From NCBI GenBank assembly GCA_964613455.1, contig CAZTGS010000004.1, positions 122-64,121 of the forward strand: 64,000 bases of DNA, written 5' to 3'. Numbering within the stretch: position 1 is the first letter of the stretch; each line of letters opens with the position of its first letter. Shown here piece by piece: positions 38,047 through 50,800 of this stretch. Both the position numbers and the translations under genes were made by a program. A model generated the notes under the pieces. That model did not search any database and was not told the origin of the DNA. It saw only the letters and a list, made by a program, of their open reading frames with translations. This stretch comes from an uncultured Gammaproteobacteria bacterium (GTDB taxonomy: Bacteria > Pseudomonadota > Gammaproteobacteria > Magnimaribacterales > D2472).

Positions 38047-39285
38047 TTAAAATTCTGGATAAGCTTCAACTCCTATCTCAGAAACATCTAATCCAGCATA
38101 TTGTTCTTCGTCAGTTGCTCGTATTGGCATAAAGCTATTTATTACAGATATTGCAATGAAACTCGCAATGAATGTAAAACCAGCAATAGAAATTACACCT
38201 AATGCTTGCATACCAAACGAAGCATCAGAAGTTAACGGTACGACCATTACGCCAAGAATTCCAACAATACCATGGGCTGAAATTGCTCCAACAGGATCAT
38301 CTAACTTCAAATTTTTATCAAAGAATAAGATTGATAAATAGACCAAAGCACCACCTGCAGATCCTATCAAAACAGCAGCTCCGGCAGAAGGGGCACTTGG
38401 TCCTGCTGTTATAGCTACTAGTCCTGCTATTGCACCATTCATGGCCATAGTTACATCCATTTTTCCGGTCATAACTAGACTCATTAATATTGCCGCAACT
38501 ACACCACCACAAGCGGCCATATTTGTATTCATAAATACTTGACTAACTGCTATTGCAGCTGCTTCGTTGCTTACTATTAATTCAGATCCACCATTAAAAC
38601 CAAACCAACCTAGCCATAGAATCCAAACACCTAATGCAGCCATTGGAATGTTTGATCCTGGCATTGGCAAGGATGTTCCATCAGGGGAATATTTACCTTT
38701 TCTTGGCCCAAGAACCATTACTACAGCTAAAGCTGCAGCAGCACCACAAAGATGAACTGTTCCGGATCCTGCATAATCTGAATATCCCATTGAGCTTAAG
38801 AAACCACCACCCCAGTTCCAATAACCTTGGATAGGATAGATAACTCCAGTTAGGACAATTGCGAACAAGAAGAACGGTAATAACTTCATTCTTCCTGCTA
38901 CCGCACCAGAAACTATAGACATTGCTGTTGCAACAAACACTACTTGGAAAAAGAAATCAGCTTGTTGTGAATAATCCATTCCATAAGGCATTCCAATATC
39001 CTCATTAGCTAATGAGGTCGACAGTCCAAACGAGTTAGTTCCTAAAATTGACGGCAAATAACCTTCAATTATAGTTGAAGCTGGGTACATAATTACAAAG
39101 CCACAGGCTAAGTACATAATACAGGCTATTGAGTATAGCCCGATGTTTTTAGTTACAATTTCAGATACGTCTTTCTTTTGAACAAGTCCTGCTTCTAGCA
39201 TGGTAAAACCAGCTGCCATAAACATTACTAGAGCTCCAGCCATTACGGCATAAAACGTATCTAAAGCAAATGCTATTTCTTCCAT
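38047..39285 (-). CDS. ammonium transporter Amt (second paralog)
   Basis: MAAGFTMLEAG; FFFQ.VF; DYAGSG.VH; WFGFNGGS; DDPVGAI.AHG. Confidence 0.95.
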   Translation of the reverse strand: MEEIAFALDTFYAVMAGALVMFMAAGFTMLEAGLVQKKDVSEIVTKNIGLYSIACIMYLACGFVIMYPASTIIEGYLPSILGTNSFGLSTSLANEDIGMPYGMDYSQQADFFFQVVFVATAMSIVSGAVAGRMKLLPFFLFAIVLTGVIYPIQGYWNWGGGFLSSMGYSDYAGSGTVHLCGAAAALAVVMVLGPRKGKYSPDGTSLPMPGSNIPMAALGVWILWLGWFGFNGGSELIVSNEAAAIAVSQVFMNTNMAACGGVVAAILMSLVMTGKMDVTMAMNGAIAGLVAITAGPSAPSAGAAVLIGSAGGALVYLSILFFDKNLKLDDPVGAISAHGIVGILGVMVVPLTSDASFGMQALGVISIAGFTFIASFIAISVINSFMPIRATDEEQYAGLDVSEIGVEAYPEF

Positions 39286-39295
39286 TTTTTACTCC

Positions 39296-39643
<348 letters not shown>

Positions 39644-39654
39644 TTATTTAGAAA

Positions 39655-40248
39655 TTAAAGACTTGCTGATACTGAGAATACAAATGCGTCTTCATCTGCA
39701 CCATATCCATCATCAGAAAAATCTGAGTAAGCTAGACCGCAATCGTATGAGCCGCATGAGAAGCCATAAGAGATCCCAAAATTATCACCATAATCATCAT
39801 ATTCGCCATATGAGAATCCAAAGTCACCCAAAGCATATGAGATTTCAGTATAATCAGGGGCTGAATCTTGACCTAAAGCAAATGTAAGACCCAAGTCACC
39901 CATTGATAACCCAATAACAACTTCTTCAAAATCTAAACCAGTGTTATTTTCAGGATAGTCAAAAGCTACGTAACCTAAATCAACTCCAACTCCGCCAACT
40001 TCAAAACCATAGCCAAAGTAGTAATCTAATTCACTTCCAGCGCCATCATTAAAGTTCACATTTGAACCCCAAATACCAGCATAGAATCCACTTTCTGCTG
40101 CATAGTCAAAACCACCAGACATTGCAGGTCCATCGGTTTGTGTCATTCCTCTCCAGATGTAGTCTGAAGCAAAGCTAACATTCGCACTAACAGATGCAAA
40201 AGATGGTAAAGACACCAACAACCCAACCATTAATAATAATTTTTTCAT
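39655..40248 (-). CDS. TorF/Gcw_chp family outer-membrane protein
   Basis: ASDY.WRG.TQT..PA.SGG.D; G.W.SNV; ELD.Y.GY; start moved to ATG 40248 (AAGGAG RBS); conserved position before glnK-amt. Confidence 0.85.
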   Translation of the reverse strand: MKKLLLMVGLLVSLPSFASVSANVSFASDYIWRGMTQTDGPAMSGGFDYAAESGFYAGIWGSNVNFNDGAGSELDYYFGYGFEVGGVGVDLGYVAFDYPENNTGLDFEEVVIGLSMGDLGLTFALGQDSAPDYTEISYALGDFGFSYGEYDDYGDNFGISYGFSCGSYDCGLAYSDFSDDGYGADEDAFVFSVSASL

Positions 40249-40296
40249 TTTTTTCTCCTTTGTTATGAAAAATAATCTATGTTCACTTATACCTAA

Positions 40297-40313
40297 TGCA
40301 ATTTTCATGCCAA
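40297..40313 (-). promoter_or_regulatory. sigma-54 (-24/-12) promoter of TorF-glnK-amt operon
   Basis: minus strand TTGGCATGAAAATTGCA. Confidence 0.8.
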
Positions 40314-40379
40314 AAATATTTTTTGACGTTAAATATTTAATTATTGTTATAATTAAGTGAAATTTTTAAAGGAAATATT

Positions 40380-41150
40380 ATGGATTTAAGTAACAATGTG
40401 GCTTTAGTAACTGGTGGAGCTTCTGGACTTGGAAGAGGAGCAGTTGAGCATTTTGTTAAGAATGGAGCTAAAGTAGCCATTCTTGATATTAATGATGATA
40501 AGGCTAAAGAAGTTGTTGAGCTTTTAGGTGAAGATAATGTTACTTACTTTAATACCAATGTAATGGAAGAGGAGTCTGTTCAAAATGCTATAGCAGGAAT
40601 AAAAGAGACTTTTGGAAAACTTAATTTCGTTGTTAATTGTGCAGGCACAGGATACGGAGCTAGGATTCTTGGAAGAAAAGGGCCGCACCCCTTAGATATT
40701 TTTAAATTTATAATTGATCTCAATCTTGTTGGTACATTTAATGTAATGAGATTAGGTGCAGAGTTAATAGACAAAAATGAACCTGATGAAAAAGGAGAAA
40801 GGGGTGTGATTATAAATACTGCATCTATAGCAGGTTATGAAGGGCAGATTGGTCAAGCTGCTTACAGCGCTTCCAAGGCAGGGGTCATTGGGCTAACGTT
40901 AACAGCTGCAAGGGACTTGGCTAGACATAACATTAGAGTTTGTACAATTGCTCCAGGAATATTTGATACTCCTTTGATGAGTCTTGCTGCAGATGAAAGT
41001 AAAGAAACACTCTTAGCTTCTACGCAGTTTCCACATAGATTTGGCGATGTAAATGAGTTTGCTCAACTAGCTGAACATATCATTAATAACACCTATCTAA
41101 ATGGAGAGACTATTAGATTAGACTCTGCAATGAGAATGGGGGCCAAGTAG
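40380..41150 (+). CDS. SDR 3-hydroxyacyl-CoA dehydrogenase type II (HSD17B10-like)
   Basis: TGGASGLG; VNCAG; GTFNV; NTAS; GQIGQAAYSASK; IAPGIFDT; LNGETIRLD. Confidence 0.9.
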   Translation: MDLSNNVALVTGGASGLGRGAVEHFVKNGAKVAILDINDDKAKEVVELLGEDNVTYFNTNVMEEESVQNAIAGIKETFGKLNFVVNCAGTGYGARILGRKGPHPLDIFKFIIDLNLVGTFNVMRLGAELIDKNEPDEKGERGVIINTASIAGYEGQIGQAAYSASKAGVIGLTLTAARDLARHNIRVCTIAPGIFDTPLMSLAADESKETLLASTQFPHRFGDVNEFAQLAEHIINNTYLNGETIRLDSAMRMGAK

Positions 41151-41158
41151 ACTAGATA

Positions 41159-41293
41159 TTATTGACCTGCAACCCAATAGGTCATAGCAATCACAGCAAC
41201 AGTAACGAGTACTAAGATAACTTTAGTATCTGATTTGCTATTCTCATTTGCTTCTGTAGATTCGTAGTATTTTTCAAATTCATCTTTATTCAT
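41159..41293 (-). CDS. 44-aa small protein with C-terminal TM (not in ORF track)
   Basis: MNKDEFEKYYESTEANENSKSDTKVILVLVTVAVIAMTYWVAGQ; GGAG SD; starts 1 bp after the acuI-like stop. Confidence 0.65.
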   Translation of the reverse strand: MNKDEFEKYYESTEANENSKSDTKVILVLVTVAVIAMTYWVAGQ

Positions 41294-41294
41294 A

Positions 41295-42278
41295 TTATGC
41301 TCCGTGTTTAATTACAACTCTTCCAACTTGTTGGCCATTTAAAATTTTTGTTATCTCATCTCCGACTTCGTTCAAAGATATTGTTTTAGAGTATTTATTT
41401 AAATCTAAGGACCAATCATTTGACAATAATTGCCATATCTTTTTTTTGAATTCTAATGGCGACTCTGCATTATCTATTCCAATCAACGATACACCTCTTA
41501 ATATAAAAGGAAATACTGAAGATGTGAATTTCATTCCTGCAACATTACCGCAACAAGATACAGATCCCTCATTACTAACCATAGAAATTATTTTAGCTAA
41601 AATATCTCCACCTACTGTATCAACTGCTCCGCCATAAATACCTTTATCAAGAGCTTTAATAGGATCAGCCATAAAATCTTCTCTTAAAACAACCTCAGAT
41701 GCTCCCATATCTTTTAATGTTTGAACTTCTTCTGACTTTCCTGTGAGTGCATGAACCTCGTATCCTAAATTTGACAGAAGGTTTACAGCTACAGATCCAA
41801 CTCCACCCGTTGCTCCTGAAACAAGAACTGGAAGATTGTTTGAGAGTCCTGAATCAATTATTTTCTTTATAGATGCTGCTGCTGTTAATCCGGCAGTACC
41901 AATTTGCATTGATTGCTTAAGCGATAATCCATCTGGCAGATTTACTATAAACTCATTAGGCAGTTGAACCATTTCTCCAAAGCCTCCATAAAATGCCATG
42001 CCAATTTTATATCCTGAAGCTATTACCAAATCTCCAGCATTAAATTTATCATCATTAGATTCTATTACTTCGCCTGCTACATCTATGCCAGGCACAAAGG
42101 GATATTCTCGAACAACACCTTTAACTCCAGTTGAAGCTAATGCATCTTTATAATTTAAGGAAGAGTAATGTACCTTTATGGTAACCATTCCATTTTCTAG
42201 AACAGGGAGTTCTAATTCTTGGACTGAGCCTTCAAATACTCCATCTATCTCTTCTACTAAGTAAGCTTTATATTTCAT
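41295..42278 (-). CDS. acuI: YhdH/AcuI-family oxidoreductase (acryloyl-CoA reductase-like MDR)
   Basis: YSSLNYKDALA; PGID.AG; GTAGLTA; GATGGVGS; DTVGG; PFILRGV.L.GID. Confidence 0.85.
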   Translation of the reverse strand: MKYKAYLVEEIDGVFEGSVQELELPVLENGMVTIKVHYSSLNYKDALASTGVKGVVREYPFVPGIDVAGEVIESNDDKFNAGDLVIASGYKIGMAFYGGFGEMVQLPNEFIVNLPDGLSLKQSMQIGTAGLTAAASIKKIIDSGLSNNLPVLVSGATGGVGSVAVNLLSNLGYEVHALTGKSEEVQTLKDMGASEVVLREDFMADPIKALDKGIYGGAVDTVGGDILAKIISMVSNEGSVSCCGNVAGMKFTSSVFPFILRGVSLIGIDNAESPLEFKKKIWQLLSNDWSLDLNKYSKTISLNEVGDEITKILNGQQVGRVVIKHGA

Positions 42279-42293
42279 ACTTTCCTTTATTTA

Positions 42294-43271
<978 letters not shown>

Positions 43272-43332
43272 TTAAACAATTTGTGATTGATTGAACCTAT
43301 AATTTGCTAATAAATATTTATAAAGATTAAAA

Positions 43333-45636
43333 ATGCTTTCACCATATGTAAAAAATACATTACTAAACTTTTTTAGCTTTTTCTTAATTGCTTTCTCTCT
43401 TTATATATTTATTGCCCTTGTTTCATACGATCCTTCAGATCCGGCTTTTTTTAATAAATCTTCATCGACAACAATTCTTAATTTGGGCGGACCTTTAGGC
43501 GCCAATATATCTGATTTCTTATTTACAATAATTGGATTAGGCTCATTCCTTATTTTACTGATTGGTTGTGTTTGGGCACTTCAAATTATTTTTGATAATG
43601 ATCCCTACAATACTAATATTAAAATAATCGTTAGGTTTGTCAGTTCAATTATTTTATTAATTAGTTTTTGCTCTATTCTTGAATACTATTTTGATAATAA
43701 TAGCGGGGGATTTCTTGGAAATCTTATTTTTTTGAGCCTATCAAATGGATTAGGCTTTATAGGTAGTTTAATATTTTTAGTAATATTTATAATTCCAGCT
43801 TCCTCTTTGTCATTTAATTTTTCATGGCTTAAAACAATAGATTATATTGGTGAGTCTTTAATTAAAATCTATCACTTATTTTTACGCCTCTCAAAAAATC
43901 TATTTGATCAAGTTTCTAATAATTTTGAGAATACACTAAATAGAATAAAACATTACAAACAAGCTCAGCTTGCAAAGAAAGAAAAGATTGTAGCTTTGAA
44001 GCCAAAAGAAATACCTAAAGTTAAATTAGATGAGAAAGAATCATTTTCTAATAAAGTTATCTCTTCTGAGGCTAAGCAGCCTGATTTGCCAAACACTACA
44101 GAACCTAAATTTAAAGAAGTTGAAAAACCTATTTCTGATAAAGACGAAGAAGAAGTTATTAAAACCGTGATGCCAAGCACACAGCTCTTAGATAGAGCTT
44201 TGGATGATGGGTCATCTCTTACTGAAGACGAGTTAAATCAGATTGCAGCTTTGCTTGAGACTAAGCTTGAAGAGTTTGGCATTGAGGCAACTGTCGAATC
44301 TGTTCTCCCTGGTCCCGTTGTAACAAGATTTGAAATTCAGCCAGCTCCTGGAACTAAGGCAAGCAAAATAACAGGCATAGCTCAAGATATTGCCCGCTCA
44401 CTCTCAGTAAGCAGTGTAAGGGTTGTTGAAGTCATTGAAGGTAAATCATTTGTCGGTATTGAGATACCGAATACTAATAGAAAGATGGTTCGCCTTACCG
44501 AGATTCTTTCTTCATCAGCATTTAAAAATTCACCTTCAAATCTCACATTGGCATTAGGTCATGATATTGCAGGAAATCCGGTAGTTGTAGATCTCGCAAA
44601 AATGCCTCATTTACTTGTTGCAGGAACCACAGGCTCAGGTAAGTCCGTTGGGGTTAACGCTATGCTGCTTAGCCTTTTATTTAAATCTGACCCTAAGGAT
44701 GTTCGCTTGATACTCATAGACCCTAAGATGTTGGAGTTATCAGTTTATGACGGCATACCTCATTTATTAACACCGGTAATAACTGATATGACTGACGCGT
44801 CAAATGGACTCAGATGGTGTGTTGTTGAAATGGATAGACGCTACAAACTAATGTCTATGATGGGAGTAAGAAATTTAGCTGGCTTTAATAAAAAAATAGA
44901 AGATGCAGCTGCTAATGGTAAACAAATATTAAATCCAATAAATCCCGAAAACGAAGAATATTTAGAAACACTTCCCTCAATAGTTGTAGTTGTTGACGAA
45001 TTTGCTGACATGATGATGTTGGTTGGTAAAAAGGTAGAGCACCTCATTGCCAGAATTGCACAAAAAGCTAGAGCTGCTGGAATTCATTTAATTCTTGCTA
45101 CTCAAAGACCATCTGTCGATGTTATTACTGGCTTAATTAAAGCAAATATCCCAACAAGAATAGGATTTCAAGTTTCAACAAAAATAGATTCAAGAACTAT
45201 TTTAGATCAAGGTGGAGCAGAGCAGTTACTGGGTTACGGTGATATGTTGTACCTTCCTCCAGGAGTGGGTGTTCCTGTTAGAGTGCATGGAGCATTTGTT
45301 GGTGATGATGAAGTTCACAGGGTTGTGAATGATTGGAAATCTAGAGCTGATCCTGATTATTTAGAAGACATTGTTGCAGCATCTCAAGAAACCGGTCCAA
45401 TTCCAGGATGGTCTGGGTCTGAGACATCTTCTTCTGAAGACGCAGATGATATATATGATGAAGCTGTAGGTTTTGTAATTGAATCTAGAAGGGCCTCAAT
45501 ATCTGCTGTACAAAGAAAATTTAGAATAGGCTACAACAGAGCCGCACGATTAATTGAAACTATGGAAGAGGCAGGTCTTGTATCTGAAATGAGTTCAAAT
45601 GGATCTAGAGAAGTATTGGTGCCAAAAAATAATTAA
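43333..45636 (+). CDS. ftsK: DNA translocase FtsK
   Basis: N-terminal TMs; GPVVTRFE; [14 protein letters not shown]; DEFAD; ATQRPSVDV; gamma domain IGYNRAAR. Confidence 0.97.
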   Translation: MLSPYVKNTLLNFFSFFLIAFSLYIFIALVSYDPSDPAFFNKSSSTTILNLGGPLGANISDFLFTIIGLGSFLILLIGCVWALQIIFDNDPYNTNIKIIVRFVSSIILLISFCSILEYYFDNNSGGFLGNLIFLSLSNGLGFIGSLIFLVIFIIPASSLSFNFSWLKTIDYIGESLIKIYHLFLRLSKNLFDQVSNNFENTLNRIKHYKQAQLAKKEKIVALKPKEIPKVKLDEKESFSNKVISSEAKQPDLPNTTEPKFKEVEKPISDKDEEEVIKTVMPSTQLLDRALDDGSSLTEDELNQIAALLETKLEEFGIEATVESVLPGPVVTRFEIQPAPGTKASKITGIAQDIARSLSVSSVRVVEVIEGKSFVGIEIPNTNRKMVRLTEILSSSAFKNSPSNLTLALGHDIAGNPVVVDLAKMPHLLVAGTTGSGKSVGVNAMLLSLLFKSDPKDVRLILIDPKMLELSVYDGIPHLLTPVITDMTDASNGLRWCVVEMDRRYKLMSMMGVRNLAGFNKKIEDAAANGKQILNPINPENEEYLETLPSIVVVVDEFADMMMLVGKKVEHLIARIAQKARAAGIHLILATQRPSVDVITGLIKANIPTRIGFQVSTKIDSRTILDQGGAEQLLGYGDMLYLPPGVGVPVRVHGAFVGDDEVHRVVNDWKSRADPDYLEDIVAASQETGPIPGWSGSETSSSEDADDIYDEAVGFVIESRRASISAVQRKFRIGYNRAARLIETMEEAGLVSEMSSNGSREVLVPKNN

Positions 45637-45637
45637 A

Positions 45638-46129
45638 TTGAAATTAATATATTTAATAGCATGCCTAATCTCATTTAATCTGTTTTCAGACTCTTCCATC
45701 AATACATTCAATAATCTTATTAAAGAGAATTTAATTTTTAATCAAAAATCTTTAAATCAAGTTTCTAATGAGTACTCTATTTCATCTGGCAATCTCATTC
45801 ATTCTGATAATTTAATTACTATTAATATAAACAAACCATTTAAAGAAAGGTATGAGATAAATGATAGCTATATTGATATTTATGATTATGATTTTGATCA
45901 GCATAAGAAAATTTATTTAGATGATATAGAAAGCAATATTATTAAATTTTTAATTGAAGGAATAACAGATGATGTAAGCATAATTAATTTATCTGATAAT
46001 TCTTTTACAATGGACAACGATTCTTATGAGATATATGTAGAGATCATTAATAGTGAAAATTTTTTTATGAAGTCCAAAGATAATATGGGCACTATTAATA
46101 TGATTACTTTTAAAGTTGATGCATTATGA
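45638..46129 (+). CDS. lolA: outer-membrane lipoprotein carrier LolA (divergent)
   Basis: canonical position after ftsK; F.Q...SG.L...I....PF...YD.DFDQ pattern; start set at TTG 45638. Confidence 0.6.
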   Translation: MKLIYLIACLISFNLFSDSSINTFNNLIKENLIFNQKSLNQVSNEYSISSGNLIHSDNLITININKPFKERYEINDSYIDIYDYDFDQHKKIYLDDIESNIIKFLIEGITDDVSIINLSDNSFTMDNDSYEIYVEIINSENFFMKSKDNMGTINMITFKVDAL

Positions 46130-46479
46130 ATATCTTACTTATAGGGTTTGGAGGAGGTCTTGGAGCAATATCAAGATTTTTAGTCAACGAAGCATCTTTT
46201 AAATATCTTTTAATAACATATCCTTTTGGAACACTTTTAGTAAATGTATTAGGTTGCTTTTTAATTGGTTTATTTTTAGGCTTGTCCATGCCAGAAAAAG
46301 ATTCTAGTTATTATTTTTTTATAATTGGTTTTTTGGGTTCATTTACTACTATGTCAGCTTTCACTCATCAAACATTATTAATGATGAATACTAATTTTCT
46401 TTTGGCTGCTTCATATATAATTGCTACTATTATGCTATCCATAGCTGCAACATACTTTGGAGCAATACTTTCTAGATAA
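46126..46479 (+). CDS. crcB: fluoride channel Fluc/CrcB
   Basis: GG.LGA.SR; GTL.VN.LGCF; GF.GSFTT.S.F. Confidence 0.93.
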   Translation: MNILLIGFGGGLGAISRFLVNEASFKYLLITYPFGTLLVNVLGCFLIGLFLGLSMPEKDSSYYFFIIGFLGSFTTMSAFTHQTLLMMNTNFLLAASYIIATIMLSIAATYFGAILSR

Positions 46480-47730
46480 ATGATTGATATAAAATTACTA
46501 AGAGATGACATAAATAATATATCTGCCACTTTGGCAAAAAAAGGTTATGCGCTTGATAAAGAGACATTTATAAAACTCGATGAAGACAGAAAAGTATTTC
46601 AAATTGATGTTGAGCAGCTGCAGTCGTTAAGGAAAACTTTATCTGCCGATTTTGGTAAAATAAAATCTAAAGGTGAGGATACCTCTGACCTTAAAATTCA
46701 AATAGATAAATTAAATGAAGATTTAAAAGCAAAAGATGGGCATCTTCAAAATGTTTTATCTTCTCTTGAAAAATTTCTATTAGATATACCTAACACACCT
46801 CACGACAATGTTCCTTTTGGCAAAGATGAGTCTGGCAATGTCGTTGTAAAAACATGTGGTGAGATTAAGTCTGCAAATACTTTGGATCATCTTGAGATAG
46901 CTGATGATATTGATACAGATCTAGCTGCCAAGTTAGCTGGTTCACGATTTGCTGTCCTTAAAGGTGATATTGCAAAACTACAAAGAGCACTTATTACGTT
47001 TATGCTCGATACAGCAATTAAAAATGGATACGAAGAATATTATGTTCCTTTTATGGCTAATGTTGATTCGCTCACTGGAACTGGGCAACTCCCAAAATTT
47101 GAAGAAGATCTATTTAAAGCATCTGAAAATCTTTATCTTATTCCGACTGCTGAGGTCCCTTTAACAAATATATATAGAGATATTGTGGTTAATCATAAAG
47201 ATGTCCCGATCAAGCTTACTTCACATACTCCATGCTTTAGATCAGAAGCAGGTAGCTATGGAAGAGACACCAAGGGATTGATAAGACAACATCAGTTTGA
47301 AAAAATTGAATTAGTTCAAATCGCAAATCCAGAAAGCTCTTTAGAAGATCTTAACGGCTTGCTGTCTAATGCAGAAGAGATATTAGAGTCTTTGGAGTTG
47401 CCATACCAAGTTATAGAACTATGTACAGGCGACTTAGGTTTCTCTGCCTGCAAAACATTTGATATAGAGGTATGGATGCCTAGTCAAAATAAATATCGTG
47501 AAATTTCATCATGCTCAAATTTTAGTGATTTTCAAGCAAGAAGAGCAAATATAAAAATTAAATTAGATCAACAAAAACAATTTGCGCACACTATAAACGG
47601 CTCAGCTTTAGCTGTAGGACGCACTCTGATAGCTCTTTTAGAAAATAGATACAACGGCAACAACTATATTGAATTACCTGATTGCCTTATCCCATATTTT
47701 GGTAAATCAAAACTAACACTTAGCTCTTAA
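46480..47730 (+). CDS. serS: seryl-tRNA synthetase
   Basis: PTAEVPL; FRSEAG; RQHQF.K.E; EISSCSN; TINGS. Confidence 0.97.
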   Translation: MIDIKLLRDDINNISATLAKKGYALDKETFIKLDEDRKVFQIDVEQLQSLRKTLSADFGKIKSKGEDTSDLKIQIDKLNEDLKAKDGHLQNVLSSLEKFLLDIPNTPHDNVPFGKDESGNVVVKTCGEIKSANTLDHLEIADDIDTDLAAKLAGSRFAVLKGDIAKLQRALITFMLDTAIKNGYEEYYVPFMANVDSLTGTGQLPKFEEDLFKASENLYLIPTAEVPLTNIYRDIVVNHKDVPIKLTSHTPCFRSEAGSYGRDTKGLIRQHQFEKIELVQIANPESSLEDLNGLLSNAEEILESLELPYQVIELCTGDLGFSACKTFDIEVWMPSQNKYREISSCSNFSDFQARRANIKIKLDQQKQFAHTINGSALAVGRTLIALLENRYNGNNYIELPDCLIPYFGKSKLTLSS

Positions 47731-47782
47731 GTAGAAAAATTTAAAGTTTTCATAATTGTTGCAATTTTTATAACAATTTCAC

Positions 47783-47810
47783 TTGCTCGATTATTTTAAA
47801 AGCATATAAT
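47783..47810 (+). promoter_or_regulatory. putative sigma-70 promoter of Oar-like TBDR
   Basis: TTGCTC-N16-TATAAT, AGAGGA RBS downstream; AATTGTT-N11-AACAATT inverted repeat just upstream (47754-47778). Confidence 0.4.
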
Positions 47811-47849
47811 TTTAAGTAATTTAACTTTCATTTAAAAAGAGGATAAATA

Positions 47850-50800
47850 ATGAAAAAATTTCTTTTAGCTTTTTTACCGCTAGTAATGTTTACTACATTA
47901 ATCTCTGCTAACGTTGACACGACTGCAAGAATTAAAGGTTCTGTAAATATACCCGGCGCATCAATCGAGGCCGTTCATACACCAACAAACTATAAAAAGT
48001 CTGTTGTTGCTTCTGAAACAGGTAATTTCAACATAAACTTTTTACCTATCGGTGGTCCATACAGGATCACAATTCGTAAAGCAGGTTTTGATACTCAACA
48101 AATTGAAGTTGCTTCATTATCAGTATCTGATCCTCTTAAAATAACAGTCGTTATGGCTCAATCAGATCTAGATAATGTCGAAGTAGTAGGCTCACGAGTT
48201 GCTAGATCAACGGTCAGTAGTGGTAGTGTCTTATCAAGAGACCAAATTGATGAAATACCAACTATCACAAGGAATATTGCTGATTATCTTAAGTTTGATC
48301 CAAGGGTAACTATAAATAATGGTAACGCTAGATCTACTGAAGTTTCAGTTATGGGTAAGAACTCTCGTTTAAATGATTTCACTATTGATGGTGTTAGTTT
48401 TAATGATGCTTTCGGTTTGAACGATAGTGGTTTCGCTACAATGAAAAACCCAATCAGTATAGATTTCGTTGACGAAATAACTGTTGATATAACACCTTAC
48501 GATGCTTCAAAAGGTAACGCGACCGGTGGAACAATCACAGCCATTACTAAAAGTGGTACTAATGAATTTCATGGTTCTGCATATTACACCTCTCGTGATA
48601 AAGGTAATATTGGAGATCTCCCAAATGGTGAAGAATACACAGACTTTGAAGAAGAAGCTATGGCATTTACTTTTTCAGGACCGATCATTAAAGATAGATT
48701 ATTCTTTTTTGTAGGTTATGAAGAAAGCGAAGATATTAGACCTTCTTTATGGGGAACGTCTGATTCTAATGCTACAAATAAATGGGAAATCACATCTGCT
48801 CAAATGGATGCTATTTCATCTCATATGTTAAGCACTTATGGATACACTGCTGGTTCATACAACAGCATTACATATCCTACAACTCAAGAACAATATATTA
48901 TTAAACTTAATGGAAGTATTAATGAAGATCATAGAGCTGAACTTGTTTATCAGGTAACAGAAGATTCATTCTGGTCTAATTATGACCGTGCCTCACAACC
49001 AGTTTTTTCCAATAACTATTACGACATACCTCCTGAAACTGAAAGAACTACATTCACTCTTTATTCAGATTGGACAGATAGGTTCTCAACAAGAATAAGA
49101 ATAAGTGATCGTATGTTCACTCAGGACGCCAATTCCCCTGATGGTGGTTACGGTGGGCTATTTCCAGAATTCCATATATATGAAGGAAATGAAATTATTT
49201 ATGTTGGGCCTGATAGATATAGAGGACACAACTTAATTGAAGTTGATCAGCAACTAACTTCTATAAAAGCTTCTTATGACTTAGATGATCATTATCTAAC
49301 ATTTGGATATGAAACAGATGAATCAAGTGTCTATAACTCTTTTATTAACCGATATAACGGTGAAATAAACTTTAGAAGTCTTGATGATTTTTATGCAAAT
49401 ACTCATAGCAGAGTAGAAACTTTTGCTGTTGCTACTGATTATGGTGGCCCATTTTCATTGGTTCGTGATGATCCAACTCTTCCTGCTGCAAGATTTGATG
49501 TTGAAGAGAAAATAATGTTTATCCAAGATGAATGGCAGGTAAGTGATGTGTTGTCATTAACAGCTGGTATTCGTCGTTACGAATTTGACATCCCACAGCA
49601 AGCTATATTAAACCAATCATATTTATCTAATATTGGTTATGCTAATAACGCAACTGTAAGTTATAGAGTATCTCAACCAAGATTCTCATTTGATTTAGAC
49701 GTTTCAGATATGTGGTTTGGTGGGAATGATAATATTGTTTCTGCAGACTTAACTGGTGGTATTGGAGTCTTTCATGGAAGGCTTCCTAAGGTATTCTTTA
49801 GTAACGGTTTCGGAAGATCTAGTGCAGACTCTTTCTACAGCAGATTCTTAAGCTGTGCTGGTCCTTTACCTAACCTTGGTTCAGCTGCCACAACCGGCGT
49901 AACGGATCCTAGATTCTTTTGGTATAGAAGTACTGCTTCAACATGTGCTCCAAAAGATAGTTCTTCAGCTTACTGGAAATATACACATAGTAGTGATCCA
50001 GGCTTTGAAGGTCCTTCTTCAACAAGAAGTAATATAAAGCTTGCCCTTCAAACTGCTAACGGTTACGACATTACTGTTGAATATAATAACGACCAAGTTA
50101 AGCAAGATGTAGCTTTCAAAGACGCCTCTTTTGAAATAGAAAGCACTTTGGCTGATGGAAGAGTTACTAGTGATAGTGGTGAAAATACTTATCTTACAAA
50201 TACCCAAGACGGTGGTGGACATGCATTTACATTAACTGCTTCTAAAGAGTTTGATAATGGTATTTCTATGTATACAGGTTATACAAACATGGAAACAAGA
50301 GATGTTTTCGCTATGACTTCTGCTCAGCATAGTTCATCCTATGGTTACCAGCCTAGAGGTAACGGTGAAAATGTTCCAGAAGCTAGATCATCCTTTATGG
50401 CTGAAGATAAGTTTGTTATAGCTCTTTCTTACACTGCTCAATTGATTGGTGATAATGATACTAAATTCTCATTACTTGGAATTAGAAAATCAGGAGAGCC
50501 ATATAGTATAACTTTTGATGGTGATGCATATAACGGCAAAGGTCAAGATGGTTATGACTTAGCTTATATACCAACTGGTCCCAATGATCCTAAAGTTGCA
50601 TTCTCTAGCGCAGCTGCTGCTACTGAAGTCATGAATTTTGTTAATTCATCATGTGCTTCTGGAGCTAAAGGTACAATTATTGCAAGAAATACATGTACTG
50701 CACCAACTCAAACTAGAATTGATATGAGGATTACTCAGAACTTTAATGTAATGGACGGTCATAAAGTTATTGTTTATTTAGATATTCAAAACTTAATGAA

